From Bythopirellula sp. (lineage in GTDB: Bacteria > Planctomycetota > Planctomycetia > Pirellulales > Lacipirellulaceae), in contig OZ244170.1 in assembly GCA_965216565.1 (NCBI GenBank), positions 3,488,001-3,552,000 on the forward strand: a DNA stretch of 64,000 bases, in the 5' to 3' direction. The stretch's first letter is position 1. The number at the start of each line of letters is the position of its first letter. Below are positions 10,272-20,478 of the stretch, piece after piece. A program made the translations under genes and the position numbers. The notes beneath the pieces are model-generated. The model saw only the letters and a program-made list of their open reading frames with translations, was not told where the DNA came from and made no database searches.

Positions 10272-12020
10272 ATGTTGGTTGGTAGCCCACTAAACTCGTT
10301 GTCGTTCTATTTTGGCTTATTCTTAGCCACATGGTACTCTTCAGTATTTGCTAATGCGGTCGAGACGTGGACCGATGCAACTGGTAAATACCAATTGCAT
10401 GGAGAATTTGTAGAACTCAAGGACGGATTCGTCCATCTGCGCACAAGCGAACAAGAGATTAAGCGAATTCCGCTAGAAAAGCTCGGTGCAACTTCCCAAC
10501 AGCGAGTGAATCAACTTCTGGAAGAATCGCAATCCACGCCAAAATCCGGAGCTCTTGAGGTTCCATCGGACTTGAATTCGCTCAACGAGCATGCCAAGAG
10601 CGATATTTCACCAAACGAGAACATCGTTGTTGCTCTGTGGAAAGCCTATGGGTTTGAGAAGCTCGACCCCTCGATTCGCGAAATCTATCTTCAGAACTTG
10701 GGACTGCCTCATGGTAAGACATCCGACTACTCTTTTCTCACATGGCAGGAATTCTGTCATCGTCAAGGGTCAGGTGTAAGTCTCCAAGCAGACCCTTCGC
10801 CACTGCACACCAGCAATCGTTCTGCGGTTCAACAATGGTTAAAACTAAATTCCACTTCACTCGATCAGGTAGTCGAGGCGGCAAAGAAAAAGAGTTATTA
10901 CTCGCCGATGATAAATACTCCCGGTCAATCGGCGATATTTACCTCTTCGATCCCGATCATGCATTTAGCACGAGACTTGACTCGGGCCCTGATTGCTAGA
11001 GCGAATCAATCATTGCAGGACGGGAATCTAGATGATGCTTGGAGAGACTTTATTGCCTCCTACAAGATAGCTCGTTTGGTTGGTAACGAACCCACCTCGA
11101 CAGGTTTGATGCTTAGCCACGCCCTCGAACAGACTGTCTGCATGGCAATTGTGGAGCTTACAGTTCATCCAGGTTTCACAAGAGATCTTGCCGAAGAATG
11201 TCTAACCGACCTCAACTCTCTGCCACCTGCCTCTACGATGTCAGAAAAAATGGCAGTCGGTGAGAAAGCCATGCTTCTGGATGTAGTCAATCAGATCATT
11301 CAGAAGGGTCCCGAAGGGCTCGCCCGCGTATCGATGCTGTGGCTTGAATCACAGGGAGAAATCCCCCCCATCAAATCGAGCGAGATCGAGAAACGAGGCC
11401 TGAGCAAGAATTGGAGCAAAGACTTTGAAACCGTGTGGAGACAAACCCCGTCCATCATCTCCACAGACTTTGATTCAATGGCCACAGCTCTCAAAACAGG
11501 AGACCCAAGGCTAAGACTCAAACAAGTCTCTCAATTGCAAAAGGAGATAAGTGAACAATACCAGGAAAACCGGATGTATGCGATCTTCGACAACGATCAA
11601 TCGGAACAGGATCTTCGTGACGCAAGTCAGATCTTATCGCAAGGCAAATTACCTGGGGAAGTCGACGCTGAGGATATTGTGGCATACCTGAACACTATGT
11701 GGTTTCCGGATGTCACATTTCTGCTAAATTCCGAAATCTCTTCGCGTGTTCGCTCGGGAACTCTCCCGGTTGTCTTAGCCCTTGGCGCTTATCGAACCGA
11801 AAATGGTCGCCTCCCAAACAATTTGAAAGATCTAGTACCCGGATATTTCCCACAGATACCAGTCGGAGCGGTATTCAAAGCCCCGCTCGTCTACAAGAAA
11901 TCTGGAGACGGATATAGCCTCTACAGCCTTGGTCCTGACGGCATCGACGACGGTGGCAACATGGATCAGAGTGGGGAGACCTACGACTCTGCTTTTACAG
12001 AGGCTCAGTTCGACCTGTGA
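10272..12020 (+). CDS. Secreted SHD1-domain protein with a GspG-like C-terminal motif
   Basis: Signal-like N-terminus; ETWTDATGKY...IPLEKL (SHD1-like); C-terminal AYRTENGRLP..L..LVP.Y...YSLGPDGIDDGG. Start uncertain. Confidence 0.7.
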   Translation: MLVGSPLNSLSFYFGLFLATWYSSVFANAVETWTDATGKYQLHGEFVELKDGFVHLRTSEQEIKRIPLEKLGATSQQRVNQLLEESQSTPKSGALEVPSDLNSLNEHAKSDISPNENIVVALWKAYGFEKLDPSIREIYLQNLGLPHGKTSDYSFLTWQEFCHRQGSGVSLQADPSPLHTSNRSAVQQWLKLNSTSLDQVVEAAKKKSYYSPMINTPGQSAIFTSSIPIMHLARDLTRALIARANQSLQDGNLDDAWRDFIASYKIARLVGNEPTSTGLMLSHALEQTVCMAIVELTVHPGFTRDLAEECLTDLNSLPPASTMSEKMAVGEKAMLLDVVNQIIQKGPEGLARVSMLWLESQGEIPPIKSSEIEKRGLSKNWSKDFETVWRQTPSIISTDFDSMATALKTGDPRLRLKQVSQLQKEISEQYQENRMYAIFDNDQSEQDLRDASQILSQGKLPGEVDAEDIVAYLNTMWFPDVTFLLNSEISSRVRSGTLPVVLALGAYRTENGRLPNNLKDLVPGYFPQIPVGAVFKAPLVYKKSGDGYSLYSLGPDGIDDGGNMDQSGETYDSAFTEAQFDL

Positions 12021-12028
12021 GCCTACGC

Positions 12029-15000
12029 TTACTCCGCCGCGGCGAAGATGCGGTTGAAGATGTTCCGCACCTCGTGAAATGTCTCTTTCACCTCAGCGCG
12101 CAATGCGTCGACATTCTCGTACCCCAACAGAAATGCAACCTTGGCAAGCTCCAAGGTGTCGTCAGGGAATTCGTGTCGGCCCGAGGCATTCATGAGCCGG
12201 ATGCAGGCTTCCACATGCCGTTGGAATCGGTAGGCCTGGCGGAGGAAGGTAGCGTCGTCACTGGCCAGTATTCCCGCGTCTGAAAGGGCCGTCAGGCTGG
12301 CCAGCGTACCGGGAATCCGCAACTCGGGCCGCTGCTGGCCGTGCTTGAGTTGCAACATCTGAACGATAAATTCGGTATCCATCGTGCCGCCTGGCCCGCG
12401 CTTCAAATTGCGGGGCGAGGCCGACTCCTCCAGCTTGAGGCGCATGTCGCGAATAGCCCCGGCATCGCTCGACTGCCAACTGCTGCAATAAGTCGCCGCA
12501 GCTACGGCCTCTAGTGCTTTCTCCACGGCTATTTGTGAGCCCGTAATCATGCGTGCTTTGCACAGGGCTTGCCTCTCCCAAAGCTGCCCCCCACCTTCCT
12601 GAAAATAGCGGACGAAACCTTCCAGCGACACGGTCAGCGCCCCGCTGCGACCGGTGGGGCGGAGCCGAGGATCGATCTCGAATAATCGGCCGTAGGGTCC
12701 AAACTGGTTGGCCCGTTTGATGATCCGTTGCCCGAGCTCATTGAAAAAGTGATTATTGGTCGTCGATTCGCCCCGACCCCGTGGATCGGCAACCGTATTC
12801 CCCTCCGCTTCGTAGAGAAACACCAGATCCAAATCACTGTGGTAGTTGGGCTCTCGGCCACCCAACTTACCGAGGGCCATCACCAAGAATTCACACGGAC
12901 GACCGATGCCCTCTTCCCCAGGATGCCACTGCGCTGCAATTGGATTTTCCGCTTGGTTGGGAAACTCGCCAATCGTTGGCTGACCCAGCTTGACGATCAA
13001 CTTCTCATATTCCGCAGAAACTATATCCTTCAAACACGCCTCGGCAACGTCAGAAAGCGCCGCATGCGTTGTTTCTACCTTGTCCTTGCCCAAAATGTCT
13101 CGAACGCCGACACGCAAATGCTGGGCGTATTTGAAACTGTGCAAAATCGGCTCGGTATCTTCGGCTCCACGGGTAAGGTCGGCAAGCGATTCTTCCAGTA
13201 CTTGCAAACTGGGCAGTTGATCGATGAGCAGGCTATCGAGTAGTTCATCGATCATGCCCGGATTGCTCGTCAGTATCTCCACCAGGTAAGGGCAAGCGGC
13301 ACAGAGCGTGACGTACAGATTCAGCGTCGGATGATTGTTGCTGAACAACTCCCACAGTGCCGCCTTGCCGCCGAGCGAATCACTCACCCGGCTTAGGGTC
13401 ATAAGCGTCGCATCGGGATCGGGCGTCCGCGCAATCGACGCCAGCAATCGTGGGGCAATAGCAGCGAGGAAGAGCCGACAACGTCGCGAAGAAAGAAATG
13501 GAATCGGCTCGTCAGCCAGCGACATCAAATTCGCGTAGGCCGCCGGCAAATCGTAAAACGGATATCGACCCAACACACGTTCAATAGTTTCGTCGGTGGG
13601 GTCGGGGTCGTTGATTAAATCGACTTCCGGTTCCGTCGTGGCATCGTCGCCAAACGCATCATGCAGTAAGTGATCGAGAATCTTGCGGTTTACCTCCGTC
13701 CGATTCTGATAATCTTCCTGAAACGCTGCCAGCGCCGACTTCTCAGGTGTTCCGAGATAACCCATCCGCGTGGCCACCCGGGCTAGCTCGTTCTCTGTTG
13801 TTGGCAATAGATGCGTCTGCAGGTCGTACATAATCTGCAGCCGATGCTCCAGCTTGCGTAGAAAAGAGTAGTTCTCCTCGAGCAGCATCCGCTCCTGATG
13901 CGTCAAGCTGCCTGCCGATTCCAACCGGCCAATGGCCTCGAGTGTATTACCAGTGCGAATCTCCGGCAGCGTGCCGCCACCGAGCAATTGGAGAAATTGA
14001 ATTACGAACTCAATATCGCGGATTCCGCCATGGCCTGTCTTCACGTCGCTGAGGCTGATGCCTTCTTCAGTCGCACGATCTTCAATTCGGCGCTTTAGCA
14101 ATTTGATACCGGTGATATCTGCAAGCGATAAGTAACGCCTATACACCCATGGCTCGAGTTGCTGCAAGTAGCGATTGCCCAGATCCAAGTCGCCGGCCGC
14201 GGGGCGAGCCTTCACGTACGCCTGTCGTTCCCAAGTGCGACCTCGATTTTCGTAATAGGCTAGCGCGTCGTCCACCGTCCGAGCCAAGGGCCCCTGTCGA
14301 CCCTCGGGACGAAGCCGCATATCGACCCGGTAGCAAAAGCCCAGATCCGTGGCCTCGGCCAACAGCCGAATTAAGTCTTGCGCCACTCGATTGGCAAAAT
14401 CTTGAGCATCAATCGCGGCCTGCGAAGAGTTTATTTCTGTCGGCTCATAGAGCATCACAAGGTCGATGTCACTGGAGTAATTCAGCTCCAGCCCACCGAG
14501 TTTTCCTAAGGCAAGCACGACGATGCTCGGTACCTGATGCTGCTGACCGTTGCGGTGCCCTCGTTTTCGCTGATGATGACCGATGGCAAACTGCAACGCA
14601 GCATCGACTAATGCATCGGCCAAATACGATATCTGTCGCGTGACCTGCGCTACCGGCAACTGACTCACAATATCCCCGTAGGCAATCCGTAGCGTTTCCC
14701 GTCGCTTAAAACGCCGTAGCGCCTTCATCGCCGCGTCTTCATCCTGCACAGACTGAATACTCTGCACCAGTTCTTCCACCAACATATCCCGCGATACCGG
14801 CCGGCCACGGGTAGTTCGGAGCAGCTCGTAACTCTCCGGATCGGTACATAATTGATCGCTAAACGATTGGCTGCAGTTCAGCATCACCAGCAGGTTGGGC
14901 AGCGAATCGGGATCGCGCTCGAAGAGCGCTGCCGTGGAGAGCGGGCTTCGAGCCGCTTGCAAAAAACGCTCTAAATTGTTGAGCGCCATATCAGGATCGG

Positions 15001-15187
15001 CCAGCCTAGGCGCGATCTCAGCAAACTGCCTGCAGATGGTTCCTAGCAAATCGAGCGGAATGCCCGTGGTGGCCAGGCGGGTCAGATTTGCGTGTGCTGT
15101 GCGCGGATCGACTATCCCCAAGGGCTTCAGCCAATTGGTAGCTGTGTCGGGAGAATCGAGGAGGGCATGGACTTCATCAATCTGCAT
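12029..15187 (-). CDS. glnE: Bifunctional glutamine synthetase adenylyltransferase/adenylyl-removing enzyme
   Basis: Two nucleotidyltransferase domains (GKLGGLELNYSSDIDL, GKLGGREPNYHSDLDL), DMRLRPEG and WERQA; 1052 aa. Confidence 0.95.
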   Translation of the reverse strand: MQIDEVHALLDSPDTATNWLKPLGIVDPRTAHANLTRLATTGIPLDLLGTICRQFAEIAPRLADPDMALNNLERFLQAARSPLSTAALFERDPDSLPNLLVMLNCSQSFSDQLCTDPESYELLRTTRGRPVSRDMLVEELVQSIQSVQDEDAAMKALRRFKRRETLRIAYGDIVSQLPVAQVTRQISYLADALVDAALQFAIGHHQRKRGHRNGQQHQVPSIVVLALGKLGGLELNYSSDIDLVMLYEPTEINSSQAAIDAQDFANRVAQDLIRLLAEATDLGFCYRVDMRLRPEGRQGPLARTVDDALAYYENRGRTWERQAYVKARPAAGDLDLGNRYLQQLEPWVYRRYLSLADITGIKLLKRRIEDRATEEGISLSDVKTGHGGIRDIEFVIQFLQLLGGGTLPEIRTGNTLEAIGRLESAGSLTHQERMLLEENYSFLRKLEHRLQIMYDLQTHLLPTTENELARVATRMGYLGTPEKSALAAFQEDYQNRTEVNRKILDHLLHDAFGDDATTEPEVDLINDPDPTDETIERVLGRYPFYDLPAAYANLMSLADEPIPFLSSRRCRLFLAAIAPRLLASIARTPDPDATLMTLSRVSDSLGGKAALWELFSNNHPTLNLYVTLCAACPYLVEILTSNPGMIDELLDSLLIDQLPSLQVLEESLADLTRGAEDTEPILHSFKYAQHLRVGVRDILGKDKVETTHAALSDVAEACLKDIVSAEYEKLIVKLGQPTIGEFPNQAENPIAAQWHPGEEGIGRPCEFLVMALGKLGGREPNYHSDLDLVFLYEAEGNTVADPRGRGESTTNNHFFNELGQRIIKRANQFGPYGRLFEIDPRLRPTGRSGALTVSLEGFVRYFQEGGGQLWERQALCKARMITGSQIAVEKALEAVAAATYCSSWQSSDAGAIRDMRLKLEESASPRNLKRGPGGTMDTEFIVQMLQLKHGQQRPELRIPGTLASLTALSDAGILASDDATFLRQAYRFQRHVEACIRLMNASGRHEFPDDTLELAKVAFLLGYENVDALRAEVKETFHEVRNIFNRIFAAAE

Positions 15188-15310
15188 AAACAGTAGTGTA
15201 TCAACAGACGAGGCGACGTGCCTAGAACTAGAACAGAGACGAGAGTCTAGAGTCCAGAGCTTGCGTACGGAAAAGCAGCTGCGATCCTACGGATCGCCGG
15301 TGAACCTGCT

Positions 15311-16735
15311 CTAACTCTGCCCCAGAGAAAACAACTCTGGTCCCACATGCTGGGTGACGATTGTGCCAAACAACGTGTGGGCGTTGGCGTCGTAGATGGT
15401 CACCGGCAGCGACTCGCCTATCTGCCGACGATTGCCTTCAAAGACGACGATACGGTCGCACAGTGTGCGGCCCGTAAGCTGCACTTGCTGCTCGCTGGCA
15501 TCGGCATTCTTCAAACTCGCTTTGCTCAGCCCCTCGACCAATACCTCGGCCTGGCGACCCAAAAACGCATGATTGTCTAATTCGCTTATCTCATTCTGCA
15601 AAGCCAGAAGTTCGTTGTTCCGACGCTTCTTGACCTCCTCAGGAACGTCATCAGGAAACAACTCAGCACCCCGCGTGCCGGGCCGCTCGCTGTATTTGAA
15701 GATGAAGCTATTCTTGAAGCGTTGTTCCTCGACAAGTTCCATCGTGAGCTGGAAATCCTCGTCACTCTCACCACAGAAGCCAACTATAAAATCGCTGGTC
15801 ACAGCCGCATCGGGAATCCGCGCCCGTATCCGGTCCATCATCTCGCGATAGTCTTCAATCGTATAACCACGCTTCATCCGCTCCAACATCCGGTTCGAGC
15901 CCGTTTGAGCAGGCACATGCAGATACTTGGCGGCCTTGGGAAGCTCTGCCACGGCATCGAGCAAGTCGTCGGTCATATCTTTCGGGTAATTCGTGACAAA
16001 CTTAATCCGCTCCAGGCCATCAATTTCATGCAGCGCATGGATCAAGTCGCTCAATCGCCACTTGCGGCCGTCTTCGGTGTGGCGGTAGCTATTGACCGTT
16101 TGACCCAGCAGAATGATTTCCTTGCATCCTTCGCTCGCCAGCTGCTTGGCTTCGATGACAATCTCACTGGGCGGACGGCTTTGCTCCGGCCCCCGCACGC
16201 TGGGGACAATGCAATAGGTGCAGAACTTATCGCAGCCAATCATGATTCGCACATACGCCTGATAGGGCGTCGGTCGCATTTGCGGATCGCGCAAGGGATC
16301 AAAGCTTTCGTGGCTCCGCTCAATCTCAGTCCGCGCACCATCTTTGCGGCCCAGACTGACTTCCATCTGCGGACCACTGCCCTCGGCGATTTCTGTGATC
16401 AGCTGGGGCACCTGATGCAATTGACCAGGGCCCACAATCAGATCGACGTAGGGAGCCCGCTCGAAAATCAGTCGCTGGTCTTTCTGGGCCATGCAGCCCA
16501 GCACACCAATAATCTTGTGCGGATTGTGCTGCTTGGCATGCTTTAGTCGGCCTAGAGCGCTATAGATTTTGTCCTCGGCATGCTGGCGGACGCTGCACGT
16601 GTTAAACAGAATCGTGTCGGCATCGCCCGTGTTGTCGGTCAGCTCGTAACCCTCTTTGCGCAGACTTGCCACCACCAGCTCGCTATCGAGCACGTTCATC
16701 TGACAACCAACTGTTTCGATGTATAGTTTTTTCAT
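15311..16735 (-). CDS. miaB: tRNA-2-methylthio-N6-isopentenyladenosine synthase
   Basis: GCQMNVLDSE, NTCSVR, GCMAQ, radical SAM CDKFCTYC and a C-terminal TRAM-like region. Confidence 0.96.
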   Translation of the reverse strand: MKKLYIETVGCQMNVLDSELVVASLRKEGYELTDNTGDADTILFNTCSVRQHAEDKIYSALGRLKHAKQHNPHKIIGVLGCMAQKDQRLIFERAPYVDLIVGPGQLHQVPQLITEIAEGSGPQMEVSLGRKDGARTEIERSHESFDPLRDPQMRPTPYQAYVRIMIGCDKFCTYCIVPSVRGPEQSRPPSEIVIEAKQLASEGCKEIILLGQTVNSYRHTEDGRKWRLSDLIHALHEIDGLERIKFVTNYPKDMTDDLLDAVAELPKAAKYLHVPAQTGSNRMLERMKRGYTIEDYREMMDRIRARIPDAAVTSDFIVGFCGESDEDFQLTMELVEEQRFKNSFIFKYSERPGTRGAELFPDDVPEEVKKRRNNELLALQNEISELDNHAFLGRQAEVLVEGLSKASLKNADASEQQVQLTGRTLCDRIVVFEGNRRQIGESLPVTIYDANAHTLFGTIVTQHVGPELFSLGQS

Positions 16736-16822
16736 AGGTGTGTCGAGAGACGTGAGCTGTGAGACTCGAGTGTTCAGTAAGAACAGCGATCTAGTCGCTG
16801 GACTCTCAACTCTGGTCTACCC

Positions 16823-17032
16823 TCACGCTGCGGCCTCGTCGCCTGTCTTTTGTTCGCCTTCTTGATTCGACTCTTGTTCCACAGGGTTGGAAATAGACTT
16901 GCCCAGTTGTTGTTCAATTTCGCCGCGGAGGTGATTCATCACATGATTGCGACGCTGAGCCATCAATCGCACCAGCGACATCACGGCCACATAGCCGGCA
17001 ACCAAGATAAACACCACGTCCCAACGATCCAT
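16823..17032 (-). CDS. Small single-TM hypothetical protein
   Basis: 69 aa with an N-terminal hydrophobic helix; GGAGG SD upstream. Confidence 0.6.
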   Translation of the reverse strand: MDRWDVVFILVAGYVAVMSLVRLMAQRRNHVMNHLRGEIEQQLGKSISNPVEQESNQEGEQKTGDEAAA

Positions 17033-17170
17033 CGCAGTTCCTCCCGGGGAAAACCAGACCCCATATCATACACGCCAAGTGGGGATCGCCGCGAGACGAA
17101 ATCTCGCAGGGCTAGCAGCCAGAAGTAGGCGAGAATCGAGGATCGAGATTCCCCCTGCTAGTAAAACCAA

Positions 17171-17179
17171 TGGTATAAT
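17171..17179 (+). promoter_or_regulatory. Extended -10 promoter element for the TA operon
   Basis: TGGTATAAT is an exact TGnTATAAT, about 55 nt before the antitoxin start. Confidence 0.5.
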
Positions 17180-17234
17180 ACAAATGCTATATTCCTAGTC
17201 GCAGATTGCAACTTCGCCGTACATAAGAGGGTGC

Positions 17235-17489
17235 GTGAAAATGACTATTGAAGCCCATGTCCAGAATGGTCAGATTGTGTTGAGTAGCCCTCTGCAACTT
17301 CCAGACGGCACGAAAGTAGAGGTGTCTGTTCCTAACAGCTCGGAGACGACCTCCACTGAGAATTCGCGCGGTCAATCCATTAACGAACGCCTCAAGGAAT
17401 TCATTGGCAAAGCAGAAGGTTTGCCAGAGGACTTCGCAGAGAACCATGACCACTATTTGCATGGAACTGCAAAGAAGTCGGACTCATGA
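17235..17489 (+). CDS. Putative antitoxin (AF2212/DUF104-like)
   Basis: AHVQNGQIVL..PLQLPDGTKVEV N-terminus and LPEDFAENHDHYLHG C-terminus; ATGA overlap with the PIN gene. Confidence 0.75.
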   Translation: MKMTIEAHVQNGQIVLSSPLQLPDGTKVEVSVPNSSETTSTENSRGQSINERLKEFIGKAEGLPEDFAENHDHYLHGTAKKSDS

Positions 17490-17887
17490 GTTTTCTATTT
17501 GCAGATACCTACTACTTCTTGGCACTTGTAAGTCCAGGCGATGCCGGCCACTCGAAGGCTCTTGAATTCGGAAAAGAAAATGAGAGGCCAATACTCACAA
17601 CGGCTTGGGTCTTTACTGAGATTGCAGATGGGTTGGCGGATACAAGAAACAGAGGCCTTGCGCGGCAGCTCTATGAAGATTTGAAGTCAAACCCACTCGA
17701 CCAAGTCATCCCACCAACCTCAGAGCTATTTGAACTAGGTCTCGATCTATACAACAAACGACCAGACAAAAACTGGTCGCTTACGGATTGTATCTCATTC
17801 ATTGTCATGCAGGAGCAAGGAATCTCTGAGGCCTTGACTGCCGACCGGCATTTCCAGCAAGCAGGCTTCGTAGCCCTCTTGGCTTGA
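17486..17887 (+). CDS. vapC: VapC-family PIN-domain toxin
   Basis: FADTYYF, VFTE, WSLTDCISF and LTADRHF: the PIN acidic residues are present. Confidence 0.88.
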   Translation: MSFLFADTYYFLALVSPGDAGHSKALEFGKENERPILTTAWVFTEIADGLADTRNRGLARQLYEDLKSNPLDQVIPPTSELFELGLDLYNKRPDKNWSLTDCISFIVMQEQGISEALTADRHFQQAGFVALLA

Positions 17888-17942
17888 GTCTCACCTCTGC
17901 AGACCTCTTTTCCGTAACGTTCTCTGCGTTGAACTATCTCGC

Positions 17943-18650
17943 TCAAGAATCAAACGGCGTTACCGGCTTCGAGTCGTGCCGGAGTTGCATGAGCTTGCGG
18001 ACCTTGCGTTTCATCCACCAGCCGACCTGCGTGTCGTCTAGGCGAAGTTCCTCCAGGGCGGGCAGATCATCGACAAAGTACAGCCCTTCGCCGGTGATGG
18101 GATTGCCCGAGAGATCCAGATGCTTCAGTTGTTTGAAATTATCCAAATACTGCACCGCGTCGTCCGTGAGTCCGCAGGACGAAAGCTCCAGATCGGTCAT
18201 GTTGCCTAGAGCTTCACGCTCCTCAACCATTGCCGCAAGCAGTTCCACCGCCTGATCGGAATTCTGCAACTTGATACTCGTCACCATCTCTGTGAGTTGG
18301 GCAAAATCTCCGAACGACTTCTCGAGCCAATCCACCGCATTAGTTTTCACTTCCGCGCCAAACGCTTCCATGCGATCGAACACCCGCTGCACGGCCAGGT
18401 ACTCGTCCATCTTACTGGCAATCCATTGCCGTCGGTCGGTGCGAAACTCCGTGTACTGCTTCGCCTTTTCAAATGCTTCCTGCAACACACGAAATTCTTC
18501 CACTGTGCCGCCATGATCGGGATGCACCCGTTTGGCCTTGTCGCGGTACGCTTGCATCACATCGTCTTGCGTATAGGGTGGAGCCAGTCCCAGTTCGACC
18601 ATATAGTCGGGACGTTTGTCCTGCGCAGATTGCGAATTGTTCGCCGACAT
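17943..18650 (-). CDS. J-domain plus leucine-rich-repeat protein
   Basis: AYRDKAKRVHPDHGG (HPD motif) and three LRR units (LELSSCGLTD, LDLSGNPITG, LRLDDTQVG). Confidence 0.75.
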   Translation of the reverse strand: MSANNSQSAQDKRPDYMVELGLAPPYTQDDVMQAYRDKAKRVHPDHGGTVEEFRVLQEAFEKAKQYTEFRTDRRQWIASKMDEYLAVQRVFDRMEAFGAEVKTNAVDWLEKSFGDFAQLTEMVTSIKLQNSDQAVELLAAMVEEREALGNMTDLELSSCGLTDDAVQYLDNFKQLKHLDLSGNPITGEGLYFVDDLPALEELRLDDTQVGWWMKRKVRKLMQLRHDSKPVTPFDS

Positions 18651-18754
18651 ACGAGAGCTCACATCAAAAAGAAGAAGGACTCTTACAGACTACCCACTAC
18701 CGAGCGAGAAGTCGACAAGATGAGTTACAGTTTCCCAAGGAACCTGTATCGGTA

Positions 18755-19192
18755 TTAGGCTTCTTGAGCCCTAGGGCTACTCTTACGGCAAATACCTCGC
18801 AACACCGCCACTCCCAACAGGCAGCCTATGAAGTAAGCCGGGAAGTCCCACCAACTGAATGTGTTGCCGAATACAAGCCGCCCGAGCAGCGTGGCTCGCA
18901 AGGCTTCCAGCCAAGGTGGATGCCAAAGTTGAAGAAACTCCAAGAGGCAAGTTCCCAGGCAAACACCGATCGCAATTTGCCACACACACTCTACCCTTGG
19001 AACAATGAGAAACAGAAGCAGCATCCACAGCAAGACGTATGCCACGCTGGCGGGACCGAAGTTGTTGATCACTTCACTTCCCGCGCCTCGGTAATACTTG
19101 CAGCCTAGGCCGATCGCAATCACAAGCGGAACCAGACTACCGGCAATCATTCGTCGTTTTGCAATTTCAGATGTCATAGCTTCAGATGTCAT
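18755..19192 (-). CDS. DUF2809-like membrane protein
   Basis: LEFLQLWHPPWLEALRATLLGRLVFGNTFSWWDF signature. Confidence 0.75.
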   Translation of the reverse strand: MTSEAMTSEIAKRRMIAGSLVPLVIAIGLGCKYYRGAGSEVINNFGPASVAYVLLWMLLLFLIVPRVECVWQIAIGVCLGTCLLEFLQLWHPPWLEALRATLLGRLVFGNTFSWWDFPAYFIGCLLGVAVLRGICRKSSPRAQEA

Positions 19193-19369
19193 AACGCCTC
19201 TGTGTGAATTTGCACCCTCTCGTCGAGACTGCCATAGGATACTGCGGAAAGAACCGGAAACTCACCGGCCCTCCCCGTGTGCCTAAGGCGCCTAACAAAC
19301 CGCTCATTCATTATCCCTAACTTAAGATGCTATACTTTCCTCATCCCACTACCATGTGATGCATCAACT

Positions 19370-20449
19370 ATGACTCCGTTCCAACTATTATCTAAATCCG
19401 CTGGACTTCTGCTGCTTGCCACCGCTCTTGGTGTGGCTACGGCGCAAGCTGTGCTACCAATCGACGTGGAAGTCATCACCGAACCCGGCGTTCCTATCAC
19501 CGCGCCACAACAATGGGCGCAACTCTTAGGCACCATGGATTTGGGGCGCGTGCGTCTGCGTCCCGCTACCACCGGCGACGCCCCCGGCGTGACGCAAAAA
19601 GGGACCCGTTTCAAGATTGTCGCTGTACTCAACAGTCGAGGTGAATTGATAATCGATAAGAAGCGTTACCGCGCCAGAGATCGCAAAACGCTCGCCAACT
19701 TTTTCGAGTTACTGGCCAAGACCGAATCGTTTGGCGAAGAGCTTGGCCGATTCAATCTCACGCAAAATCAGTTTCGCCAAGTCCACAGCAATCTATCAAA
19801 GGTGTTAGGCCTTTCTACCCTAGGCAAACGACCTGCGGAACTCATCAATCAACTCCGCGACAAATTCTCGGTGCCGATCACTGAGAAACCCTCTGCCCGG
19901 GCTTTGTTGCGAGAGGCCCCGCTACTGCAAATCGAACTCGGTGAACTCTCAACCGGCACGGCGCTGGCCATGGCCCTACGCGAAGCGGGACTGATGCTGG
20001 TGCCCCAAAAGCCAGTTGGCAAGCCGCTACAGATTCGTATCGAACCAGAAGATCCCAAGTGGCAATCGTGGCCCGTCGGTTGGAAGCCGGAAGGAAGCCC
20101 GCGAGAACTGGCCCCGCAGCTGTTTGAGTTTCTCTCGGCGGAGATCGATGGCTATCCGCTAGAACAAGCGCTAGAAGCTCTCAAGCCCCGGATGGGCATG
20201 CTAGTTGTGTACGATGCGCGTACGCTCGCGCGTCGCGGCATCGATCCAACACAGATCCCCGTGAAACACCCCGCGGCTAGAACTTACCTCAAACGCGTCG
20301 TCGACCGCCTCTTGAGCCAGGCCCGCCTGGCAGGTGAGCTACGGGTCGATGAGCGAGGTCAGTTGTTCTATTGGATCACTCAATTCGGAAAAGACAGCCC
20401 CCGCGCGGAGCAAACCGCAGAGCAGAAGGCGAAACAGACAGAGCAATGA
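19370..20449 (+). CDS. Secreted hypothetical protein
   Basis: Signal peptide ending ATAQA; long ORF; no motif recognised. Confidence 0.7.
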   Translation: MTPFQLLSKSAGLLLLATALGVATAQAVLPIDVEVITEPGVPITAPQQWAQLLGTMDLGRVRLRPATTGDAPGVTQKGTRFKIVAVLNSRGELIIDKKRYRARDRKTLANFFELLAKTESFGEELGRFNLTQNQFRQVHSNLSKVLGLSTLGKRPAELINQLRDKFSVPITEKPSARALLREAPLLQIELGELSTGTALAMALREAGLMLVPQKPVGKPLQIRIEPEDPKWQSWPVGWKPEGSPRELAPQLFEFLSAEIDGYPLEQALEALKPRMGMLVVYDARTLARRGIDPTQIPVKHPAARTYLKRVVDRLLSQARLAGELRVDERGQLFYWITQFGKDSPRAEQTAEQKAKQTEQ

Positions 20450-20478
20450 TTCTTAACTAATTATCAGGTAAGTACTCC

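Noticed and set aside
15722..16546. 274-aa ORF antisense to miaB (likewise 22441..23283 opposite pepF)
   Set aside because: Antisense shadows of conserved housekeeping genes.
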